Below are positions 13,101-25,100 of a stretch of DNA of 34,264 bases, in pieces. Numbering within the stretch: the stretch's first letter is position 1; the number at the start of each line of letters is the position of its first letter. The notes beneath the pieces are model-generated. The model ran no database searches. It saw nothing but the letters and a program-made list of their open reading frames with translations, and was not told the DNA's origin. The stretch is from Malacoraja senta. Taxonomy: Eukaryota. The stretch covers positions 62,001 to 96,264 of the forward strand of contig JAXLNO010000642.1 in the NCBI GenBank assembly GCA_038087875.1, given 5' to 3'. A program made the position numbers and the translations under genes.

Positions 13101-16100
13101 TTCCCAGTTTCTAATCTGTTAAACATCCTCATAACCTAAAACAAATGTTTAATGCATCTGCTCAAAGATCCAAAGAAGAACCCTCGCTTGTTTATTTTTT
13201 TTAAAGCATGAGGGGCCATAGGAAAGGGAGAAAACTTGGCAAAATGGAGGGAATTGGCAAAGCTAATAACTTCAATTAAAAGTAGAAAATGCCGGAAGCA
13301 CTCAGCAGGTCAAACATCAAATGTTGATAGGAAGCAATGCTAACTTTTCAGATTGAAGACCCTTCATCAATTCATTAACTCATTTGAGGCAATTACAATT
13401 AGCAACTGGTCCAGTTGTTAAAAAAGCTAGATTTATTCCCTCACTGAAACTCAAATTTATATCTTTGTGCATTGAACATTTTGTCTGCATTTCTCACAGT
13501 AGAAGACTTTGAAAGGTTCAGACAGACAACATGGGACCAATTATATATAAAACTGTTTTAATAACCAAGACATGTGGAAAAATGATACAAAGTGCTGGAG
13601 TAACATGGATAAATGATGTTTCAGGTCGGGAGATTATTTCTCAAGAGATGCACGTTTTGAAATAGTGGTTTGTGATTTTACACTTCATATTGAAAAGTCT
13701 GTTGTGGCTGTCTCTAACATAAACTGCAGTCTACCATTTCATGGTAAGGGAAAATATACCAAAGAAGCCTTTTGCTGATCTTAATATAAATCAAATGAGC
13801 AGCAGCTGACTGTGGTGAACCTTTATGGCTGAGGCAGTAAGGCATTGTAATGAGTTGAGTCAAACACATATCAAGATACAACACATGTTTATTAAATCTA
13901 CTTACTACATCGATCTGCATGACATTACAGTTCCTAGCAGCTACTCATATTGAATGGCATAGGCAAGCTCTTGTTAATATAAAGCGCATATTAGGCAGAG
14001 CAACTACTAACAAGCACTACAATTGGCTAGTAGGAAATAACCAATCTACAGCACCAATATCAATATACGTGACGATATTAAACCAATATCAGTTTTGTCT
14101 GTGATTCTCTGAATTTATAACATGGGCTTCTCTCGCTTCCATGTCAACTTTTGCTATTTTTGTTCAGGTCGTTCTGTTCATAAAATGGCTGCAAAGCTGG
14201 AGAAGTCATAAATGCATTCCCTGTAACACTGTCAGCATTAATCAAAATCATGACAATTATAAGCTTGGATCTCAGAAATTCTCAGAAATTGACCACATTG
14301 GAGATTGTATGGAAACAATTATGCTGACAATTTACTCTTGTTTATTCAGAAGAAACTCGTTTTATTTGGATCTTTACAATCGTAATGTCTCTCTCAATGC
14401 AATAATTGCAGCTAGCAGAAATATATATTTTAAATTATTTTTTCCATTTTCTCACCCCACCCTTTCTAATCCTGGCTGCCTCCTACATTGTGCATCATGT
14501 CTTTGCTCAAGTTTTTCCAATAGAGCCATAGAATCATACAGTGCTGGAGCCACAGTAGATGGGCAAGGTCCTCAATGAGTATTTCTCCTCTGTTTTTACT
14601 GCGGGGAAAAACATGAGGACCCAGGAACTTGGGCCAGCTGATGGAAGTTTCTTGAGGGAAGTCAGTATTGTGGTTGAGAAGGTGCTGAAAGTCCTGACGC
14701 CCTTCAAGGCATTGAGGGCAAGGCATTGAAGGCAAGCCAAGCCAAGTCATGAAGCTAGACGGATCTCCTGGGCCTGATTAGATACAGTGGCTTGCAAAAG
14801 TTTTCATAACCCTTGAACTTTTCCACATTGTGTCATGTTACAACCACAAACGTAAATGTATTTTATTGGGATTTTATGTGATAGACCAACACAAAGGGGT
14901 GCATAATTGTGAAGTGGAAGGAAAATGATACATGGTTTTCAAATTTTTTTACAAATAAAAAATTGAAAAGTGTCGCGTGCAAAAGTATTCAGCCCCCCTG
15001 AGTCAATACTTTGTAGAACCACCTTTCGCTGCAATTACAGCTGCGTCTTTTGGGGTATGTCTACCAGCTTTGCACATCTAGAGACTGAAATTTTTGCCCA
15101 TTCTTCTTTGCAAAATAGCTCAAGCTCAGTCAGATTGGATGGAGAGGGTCTGTGAACAGCAATTTTCAAGTCTTGCCAGAGATTCTCAATTGGATTTAGG
15201 TCTGTACTTTGACTGGGCCATTCTAACACATGAATATGCTTTGATCTAAGCCATTCGATTGTAGCTCTGGCTGTATGTTTAGGGTCGTTGTCCTGCTAGA
15301 AGGTGAACCTCTGCCCCAGTCTCAAGTCTTTTGCAGACTCTAACAGGTTTTCTTCCAAGATTGCCCTGTATTTGGCTCCATCCATCTTCCCATCAACTCT
15401 GACCAGCTTCCCTGTCCCTGCTGAACAAAAGCATCCCCACAGCATGATGCTGCCACCACCATGTTTCACAGTGGGGATGGTGTGTTCAGGGTGATGTGCA
15501 GTGTTAGGTTTCCGCCACACATAGCATTTTGCATTTAGGCCAAAAACTTCAATTTTGGTCTCATCTGACCAGAGCATCTTCCTCCACATGTTTGCTGTGT
15601 CCCCCACATGGCTTGTGGCAAGCTGCAAATGGGACTTCTTATGGCTTTTTTTCAACAATGGCTTTCTTCTTGCCACTCTTCCATAAAGGCCCGATTTGTG
15701 GAGTGCACGGCTAATAGTTGTCCTGTGGACAGATTCTCCCACCTGAGCTGTGGATCTCTGCAGCTCCTCCAGAGTTACCATGGGCCTCTTGGCTGCTTCT
15801 CTGATCAATGCTCTCCTTGCCCGGCCTGTCAGTTTAGGTGTACGGCCATGTCTTGGTAGGTTTGCAGTTGTGCCATACTCTTTCCATTTTCGGATGATGG
15901 ATTGAACAGTGCTCCGTGAGATGTTCAAAGCTTGGGATATTTTTTTATAACCTTACCCTGCTTTAAACTTCTCCACAACTTTATCCCTGACCTGTCTGGT
16001 GTGTTCCTTGGGCTTCATGATGCTGTTTGTTCACTAATGTTCTCTAACAAACCTCTGAGGCCTTCACAGAACAGCTGTATTTATACTGAGATTAGATTAC

Positions 16101-19100
16101 ACACAAGTGGACTCTATTTACTAATTAGGTGACTTCTGAAGGCAATTGGTTGCACTGGATTTTATTTAGGGGTATCAGAGTAAAGGGGGCTGAATACTTT
16201 TGCACGCGACACTTTTCAGTTTTTTATTTGTAAAAAAATTTGAAAACCATGTATCATTTTCCTTCCACTTCACAATTATGCGCCACTTTGTATTGGTCTA
16301 TCACATAAAATCCCAATAAAATACATTTACGTTTGTGGTTGTAACGTGACAAAATGTGGAAAAGTTCAAGGGGTATGAATACTTTTGCAAGCCACTGTAT
16401 ATCCAAGGAGACATTGAAAAGCTAGAAAGGAAATTGCAGGTGCCTTGGCTGGAATTTATGAGTCATCATTCAATAGCGGTAGGATGCTGGACCACTGGAG
16501 GATAGCAACTGCTGGGCTTCTGTTTAAGAAGGGTTGCAGGGAAAAACCTGGTAACTACAGGCCAGTGAGCCTAACATCTGTGGTCTGAAAGTTACTAGAG
16601 TATTTTGAGGGATAAGATATACATGATTTAGATGGACAAGAGCCGATTAGGGATAGTCAGCACGGTTTTGATGTGGGAGATCGTATCTCACAAATTTGTT
16701 TTTTGAAGATGTGACCAAAAAGGTTGATGAGGGCAGAGCTGTAGACATTGTATATATGAATTTCAGTAAAGGGCCTGTCCCACTTGGTGATTTTTTCGGC
16801 AACTGCCGGCGTCATATCAGTGTCGCCAAAAGATTTTGAACATTTCAAAATCCAACAGCGACAAAAAAAATGTTGCAACACTTGAAAAAACACTGCGGGT
16901 CATACGTCATCACGCCACAAATTCTTTTGGTGACCTGATACGTCAGTCAATTATGCCGGCAGTCTCCAAAAAAAATCACCAAGTGGGACAGGCCCTCAAG
17001 GCATTCAACGAGGTTCCGCATGGTAGACTGCACTGGAAGGTTAGATCGCATGGGATCCAAGAAGAGATAGCTGACTGGATAGAAAATTGGCTTCATGGAT
17101 GGAAGCAGAGGGTGATAGTGGAAGGTTGCTTTATGGACTGGAGGCCTGTGTCTAGTGGTATGTGTCAGCATTGCTGTTTGTCATTGATGTCAATTTTTTG
17201 GATGAGGACGTACAAGGCATGATTTGCAAATTTGCAGATGACACTAAAGTGGGTAGTATTGTAGACAGTTAAGGGAGTTGTCAAAAATTGCAGCAGGATA
17301 TTGATCGGTTAGGGAATGAATGGTTGATGCAATTTAATACAGAGAAAAGCAAGGTGTTGCATTTTGGGAAGTCCTACAAAGGCAGGACGTACACAGGACA
17401 TGGAGTAAGCAGAGGGATCTAGGAGTGCAGGTATAGAGTTCCTTGGAAGTGGTGCCACAGGTAGCTAGGGTGGTCAAAAGTTCTTTAGCACATTGCCCTT
17501 CGCCAGTCAGAGTACTATGTGTAGAAATTGGGAGATTATGTTACAGTTGTATAAGACATTGGTGATACCACATTTAGAGTAATGCATTCAGTTTTAGTCA
17601 CCATGTTATAGGAAAGATGCTGGAAAGGGTGCAGGGAAGATTTACGAGGATGTTACCAGGACTCAAGGGCCTGAGCTTTCGGGAGACTTTGAGCAGCCTA
17701 GGACTTTATTCCTTGGAACCCAGGAGGATAAGGGGTGATCTTATAGAGGTGTAAAAGATCATGAGATCAGGTAAATGAACAGTCTTTTGCCCAGGGTAGG
17801 GGAATCTAGAACCAGGCAACATATGTTTAAAGTGAGGGGGTAAAGATTTTATAGGAACCTGAGGGGTAACTTTTTAAACAAAGGTGATGGATATATGGAA
17901 CGAGCTGCTGGAGGTGGTAGTTGAGGCAGGCACTATCTTAATGTTTAAGAGACATTTTTGACAGGTATATGGATAGGATAGGTTTAGAGGGTTATAGGCC
18001 AACGTGAGCAGGTGGGTCTGGTGTCGATGGGGCATATTGGTCAAGTGGGCAAGTTGGGCCGAAGGGCCTGTTTCCACGCTGTTTAACTCGATGAGTATGG
18101 AATCAGAACCTACGGCTCATCTCATCCATGCCAACCAAAATGTCCAAAATAAGCTGGTCCCATTTGCTTGCATTTGGCCCATATCCTTCTAAACCTTTCC
18201 TATGCATGTATCTGTCCAAGTGTCTTTTAAATGCTGTTATATTATCTGGCTCAACTATCTCCTCTTAACAGCTCATTCCATATACCCACCACTCTCCAAG
18301 TGAAAAAATTGCCCCTCGGGTTTCTATTAAATCTTGCCCCTCTCACCTTAAATATATATCCTCTTGTTTTTGATTCCCCTATCCTGGGTAAAAGGCTCTG
18401 CATTCACCCTATATAGTCCCCTCATGATTTCATATATCTCTATAAGATCATCCCTCAGCCACCTACTCTCCAAGGAATAAAGTCCTAGCCTGCCCAACCT
18501 CTCTCTATAGCTCAGTCCCCGAAGTCCTGGCAACATCATTATAAATCTTCTCTGCACTCTTTCCAGCAATGTTTTTTCAAAAAGTGTATTTTATGACTTG
18601 CAATTTATATCTAATCTAAAATTTCCCATGTACCTTTCTTGTTCATCTGAGAGATTTTGGCATCGCTGGCATGCTAATATTTATTGGCACTTCCTAATTC
18701 CCCGAAGAAGGTGTTGGTGAGAATCAAGCAGAAAAAGATGCATCCACAATGTGGTTGCAGAGGAAGTTGCAAGATTTAGAAATTGCATCAATAAAGGAAT
18801 GGTGACATACTGTATTTCTGTGTCAGGGCAGTGTAGATCTTTGGGTGGGGTGGGATTTATAAGTGATGCCATTCCTATGTGACCACTTTTTTATCCTTCT
18901 GGGTGCTTGAACATATTAACATATTGTTAGATGTGACATTCTGAATTTCATGTATTCTGTTTTCAAAGTTTTTTTTTCTTTTTACAGTGCCATTGTTTCA
19001 GCCACACTTAAGTGCTTGATGAAGTTCTATGATTTAATTGATGATGTGAGTTATATGCTGACTTATTTAATTTGTTTCAATAGTGTTAGAGAAGATGAAT

Positions 19101-22100
19101 GGAAGGACTGTTAGATTAAGGAAGAACTGCAGATGCTGGTAAAATCGAAGGTAGACACAAAATGCTGGAGAAACTCAGCGGGTGAGGCAGCATCTATAGA
19201 GAGAAGGAATTGGCGACGTTTCAGGTCGAGACCCTTCTTCAGACTGATGTCAGGGGAGGGGGCGGGACAAAGATAGAATGTAGATGAAGACAGTAAGACT
19301 AGTGGGAGAACTGGGAAGGGGGAGGGGATAGAGAGAGAAAGAAAGGGCTACCTGAAGTTAGAGAAGTCAATGTTCATGCCGCTGTGGTGTAAACTACCCA
19401 AGCGAAATATGAGGTGCTGTTCCTCCAATTTGCACTGGGCCTCATTCTGACAATGGAGGAGGCCCAGGACAGAAAAGTCAGATTGGGAATGGGAGGGGGA
19501 TTGAAGTGCTGGGCCATCAGGATATCAGCTTGGTTAAGACGGACTGAGCAGAGGTGTTCAGCGAAACGATCACCGAGCCTGCGCTTGCTCTTGCCGATGT
19601 AGAAAAGTTGACACCTGGAATAGCGGATGCAGTAGATGAGGTTGGACGAGGTGCAAGTGAACAGCACATAATCCTCCAACATTTTCGCCACCTCCAAAGG
19701 GATCCCACTACTGGCCACATCTTCCCATCACCACCCTTTTCTGCTTTCTGCAGAGACCGTTCCCTCCGTAACTCTCTGGTCAACTCGTCCCTTCCCACCC
19801 AAACCACCCCCTCCACAGGTACTTTCCCCAGCAACCGCAGGAGATGCAATACCTGTCCCTTTACCTCCCCCCTCAACTTCATCCAAGGACCCAAACAGTC
19901 TTTGCAGGTGAGGCAGAGGTTCACTTGCACCTCCTCCAACCTCATCTACTGTATTCGCTGTTCCAGGAGTCAACTTCTCTACATCGGCGAGACCAAGCGC
20001 AGGCTCGGCGATTATTTCGCTGAACACCTCCACCTAGTCTGTCTTGACCAAGCTGATCTCACGGTGGCCCAGCACTTCAACTCCCCCTCCTATTCCCAAT
20101 CTGACCTTTCTGTCCTGGGCCTCCTCTATTGTCAGAGTGAGTCCCAGCGCAAATTGGAGGAACAGCACCACATATTTCGCATGGGTAGTTTACACCACAG
20201 CAGTATGAACATTGACTTTTCTAACTTCAGGTAGCCCTTTCGTTCTCTCTCCATCCCCTCCCCCTTCCCAGTTCTCCCACTAGTCTTACTGTCTCCACCT
20301 ACATTCTTTCTTTGTCCCGCCCCCTCCCCTGACATTCTGAAGAAGGTCTAACCTGAAACGTCGCCAATTCCTTCTCTCCATAGATGCTGCCTCACCTGCT
20401 GAGCTTCTCCAGCATTTTGTGTCTACCACCGACTGTTAGATTAAGTTTATGTCCTTTTCCCCTTGTCAATTTTTTAGCCTTCTGATTTAAGGGATGGATT
20501 CCTTTCTGGATTCGCTGAACATTTCAAAATTCAGAGTCGTAATCGACTTTTTATTTCTAGATCTGGTATTCCAGATTTGTCAAGATGCACATCCGTCATG
20601 ATCTAGTTAAATTCATGTTCAGGATTGAGAGACTGACCATCATGTGCAAATGTATGAGGCCTTGGCCACTTTGACCTTGCATTGAGTAATGACTGTGAGG
20701 AATCTTTTCCACTGATGAGTATTTCCTGGTGTGTTGAAAGCATGAATGATAAGACTTTTGAAACAAGGAACTGCAGATGCTGGTTAACAAAAAAATGACA
20801 CAAAGTGCTGGAGTAACTCAGCGGGCCAGGCAGCATCTCTGGAGAACACGGAAAGGCGATTTTTTGGTTCAGGAACTTTCTTCAGATTGATTGTAGATTG
20901 GGGCAAAGAAAGGAAAGACAGGACAAAGCGTGGCAGATGATATATTTACTGGGGTTTTTTCATGACTCCAGTGATCAACTACTATCTGCGTATGTATCTA
21001 AACAGTAAAGGCACAATGTTACTTTGTAATTTATCTCTCTGATCTGGTTTGGATTTTAATCTTGGGGATTAACCTGCTGTGCCACACGGTCCCTTCATAA
21101 AATGACGACATTACTAACAGCTGTGCAACTAATTCACCTCTTTTTTGCCTTAGTAGAATGATGATATAAATTCCATCAATCTTTGAGACAAATTTCAAGT
21201 TTCTTTTGACAGGATTTGCCAAAGCCACTTAGAGCAAACTTTATTCTGAATGTAGAGTCTGAAGAACTCATTATTACAGCTGGACTCCAAGATCGAGTGG
21301 TCCAGGTAAAGTTCAAATTTCAAATATGCTTTGGGATCAAATGAATTCCATTTTAGCAATGGAAGAAGTGTCATTTTAAATTGCTTAGTACAGCTTAACC
21401 CTTAAGCAGAAGATCATGAAATGAGCACAAGGCATCCTGAAGCCTGGATGGATCTGCAGCTGAGTGGCTGATAGAGTAGGATTGCTGTTTAGCACCCATG
21501 GAGATATAGGTCAGTTCCTGAATAGATCTGAGCAACCCTAATCCTACCTCGGCAACATAACACATGGACCACCTCTTGCACTACAATGGACTTGCTTTCT
21601 AATTGTGCTTTGCTCTCTCTTTTTTTGCAGTTTTTTTCTTTTCACCGTATAGAATTGATGTGTAATTTGTTTTTTAATTTATGGATACGATGCAATGACC
21701 CATCTTTAATATTAACGGCACTCCTTTCTATTGTGTGGCAATACATTTGCATTGAAAAGGATAGAGCAGAACAGATCTCGGAGCTCAAAGCTAAGCATTT
21801 TTAAGGTGCAGTGAACTTTCAGCATAACCAGAATCTGTAACATTGCTCAATGAAAGGGAGCAGAAGGCATGGTCGATGTGAATCAGGCACACATAATAGT
21901 GAAATACCTAAATGGTGAAGATGTAAAACCTGCAGGCTAAACAGTAATCCTACAACAACAGATCCCTGAAAACTGCGCTCTTACCACGTCTGTTTGTGAA
22001 TGCTGAAGTGGGAAATTAGCAGGAAGGCAGTCTCCAAGAACATCCCTATTGTCATAGACATTGGAGATAAAGCAAACATTTGTAAACACTGTCACCTAGA

Positions 22101-25100
22101 AGTGCTAAATAGATGGTCCATCTAGATAGGCTCCCTTCTGAGATTGCCACCATCACAAAAGGTACTCTTCAACCAATTCAATGCATTCCAATTGCTATCA
22201 AGAAATGGCTGAGAGAACATTTAATACAGCAATGGTTATGGGAACAAACAGCAAACTGGTGCAGCACTGAAGACTTGTGCTCCTGAATCAACGACGCCAG
22301 TGGGCAATGCATTACGGTATAGTTACAGCATTGACATCTCCCTAACTATATGGAAAACTGCCCACAATGATCTGTTCCCAAAAATCAGGACAAATAATGT
22401 TCATCTAATTACTGCCCAATCATTCAATGCCAGTGTTCTCCTCACCTCAATTAACACGACCAGGGAAAAAAGTAATTGGTTATAAATAAAGTAAGTGTAA
22501 GAATTTCTCATCGTTCAATTGCTGATTTTGCACTGTGCAAATCCATTCATTTTTCTGTTAATAATGGCCACCGTGTTTCAGAGTAATCTGTTTAAGCTAC
22601 GCTTACACAATATTGGATTCAATGCATTGTTTAGCATTATTTCTGACTTGTTGGCTCAATTTCTTTTATACATTTTAGGTTTATGAGGGGCTGGTTTACA
22701 TGGATTTCAGCAAGGAACTCATGGAGAAGCAGGGCTATGGTAAGAGTTTTACTTGCAGTTGAGAAGTGATAAAACCCTATATTTAGGCTGCACTTCTGAT
22801 GAACTTTGATTAAAAATTATTTTGGGCAGTGGAAGTTTTTTCCATTTTATGAAATATTTATAGCATTGAAATAGCCACTAGGTCTGCTGCTGAGATGCTC
22901 CACTGGAACTATCTCTGACCACATTCCTCTCACTGCATCAATTGACCCTCCCAATCATTTTGTTTAAATGTGTAACCAGTTTCTGTTTCATTTAATTCCA
23001 GCTATTTGTCTCCATCTCTCCCTCTTATAATAAGTTCCACATTGCAACCGTGACACGCTAACATAATTTGTTTTTAATTCCTTACTGGTTATTATTGACT
23101 GTCTATTACTTCTGACCTCTAAATCAAGTCATGCATAAAGCAGCTTTTTATAATTATAATTCCTCCATCCATTCCCTGCTGACAGTTTCTAATCTTGCTC
23201 TTTGGATCTCACTCTGCAAGAAAGGTGTATGGGTGAATATTTGTGCTATTTGTAAACCACCACTTTAGTTTAGTTTGGAGATACAGTGTAGAAACAAGCC
23301 TTTCACCTATCGAGTCCACGCCTACCAACGATCACCCATACACTAGTTCTATGTTATGCCAGTTTTGCACACAAGGAGTAATTTACAGATGCCAATTAAC
23401 ATACAAACCTGCACATCTTCGGAATGTGGGAGGAAACCAGACCACTTGGAGAAAACCCACGCAGTCATGGGGAGAACATACAAACTCCGTACAGACTGCA
23501 CCCATAGTCAGGATTGAACCAGGGTCACTAGTGCTGTGTTGCAGTACACAATTTGCTGGTGCATTCTATAGCCTTTTTGTATAGAACCTCTGGAAGATAT
23601 GAGCTTTTTATCTTCCAATTTGTACAAAAGGTCACAAACGGGTGTTGTAAAAATCCCGCAGGGCTTTCCTACTGTATTCATAGAACAGTACAGTATTATT
23701 CATCAAAGTATAAAACATTAAACGTTGTAAAAAAGGAAATATGAAATGAGGAGATTTAAAATGACATAATTGAACATGATGTTGGACATAGTACAGCACA
23801 GGAACAGGCCCTTTGGCCCACAATGTCCATGCCGAACATGATGCCGGGTTAAACTAATCTTCTCTGTCTGCACGTGATCCATATCCCGCCATTTCCTGCA
23901 TATTAATGTGCCTATCTTAAAGTGGCTTAAAGGCCACTGGCATAACCACCTCAATCATCCCTGGCAGCACATCCCAGGCACCCACATAGTTGGTTCACAT
24001 GAACACAAGCAAGCCCCTCCATTATTTCACAACCTTAAGCCAAATCACCCATGATCTATGCATGCCTTGTTTGTCATTAGATAATATTGGGATATGGAAT
24101 TCTCGTCTTGATACAATTGATGAACAATCTAAGTGGTAATTATTGCTGCATGAAAAGAAATAGGATATATTAGGTACGATGATTAAACTTTTTTTATGAA
24201 GTGGAAATCCTTACCAAACTTGGGCACGTGGCAAGCTGCCACTTTAGAAATTAACTATGTCTGTTTCTCTCAAATTCTTGATTATTGTCATAAAGAAGTA
24301 TGATTTTTAATGTTGTCTAAAGAAGAAATGTTGGAAATAGATTTGGGGAGAACTCATCAACTCTTTTTTTAAATAGTGACATGAAATCTTTTACATCCAC
24401 TTAAGTCTGTACTGTGCCTCAGTTTAATGTCCCTCCAAGACACAGGAAGATGGTGTCCCATCACTCCATGAGATAATGCTAATCAGGTCGCCATGGACAA
24501 GGTGGGCCAAAGGGTCTGTTTCTGTGCTGTACAGCTTTATGACTACATGATACTTTTGTTTTGTTACCCATTTGCTCTGCCCCTCCATTCTGAGCAAAAA
24601 AAGAGCAATTCCAGATAATTTAATTTTGCCAAGATTTACAGATCGCTTCTGGAATATTTGAAATTACATTTAAGCTGCAAGATACAAAAGAATCCAAGTT
24701 TAACCCTCTTGAGGAGGTGTATTAAGTACATAAAAACACAAACATCTTTAATGTGCTTAATGGTCGTGGAGAGACCTTGTGCCCTTCTGAGCTACCACTA
24801 GTGTCCATATCCAAGCTGTAATATTGTTATCTAGTCAAAAATTGCTTATCATGATTCTCCTAGCATTAAATATAACCACCTTCTCAGTGTTAACTTAGAT
24901 TGCTATACTGTGAAGGCTTGAAAGAGTAGAACTTTTAAAGTGCATCCCGGATAGCTTTTTTAAGGCAGTCCAGAGAGGCAATGGATCCAATCATTGGAAA
25001 TGTAGCTGAGCAAATGGTGCGGGGGTCCTTGGGAGCATATTTCAGAGATAGTGACTATTAAGATTTTAAGATTGTTATAAAGAAGTACGAGAATAGATTG

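Larger units (their letters stand above)
14556..18092 (+). mobile_element. 5'-truncated, decayed CR1 LINE interrupted by a Tc1 transposon and a Harbinger MITE
   Basis: CR1 ORF2 motifs ([20 protein letters not shown] across the Tc1 site, [21 protein letters not shown] across the MITE site, KFADDTK) and a 3' tail. Confidence 0.9.
19121..20430. mobile_element. Penelope-like (Neptune-type) retroelement insertion, RT-less, with an inverted 3'-end duplication and a 15-bp TSD
   Basis: Arms 19150-19662 and 19919-20427 are reverse complements; GACTGTTAGATTAAG at 19106-19120 and 20431-20445. Confidence 0.9.

Noticed and set aside
14141..14578. 145-aa ORF
   Set aside because: No recognisable motif; AT-rich intron running into a CR1; likely chance
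19517..20033. Antisense and alternative-frame ORFs over the Penelope units (also 29535-30141)
   Set aside because: Shadow frames of the GC-rich GIY-YIG coding sequence
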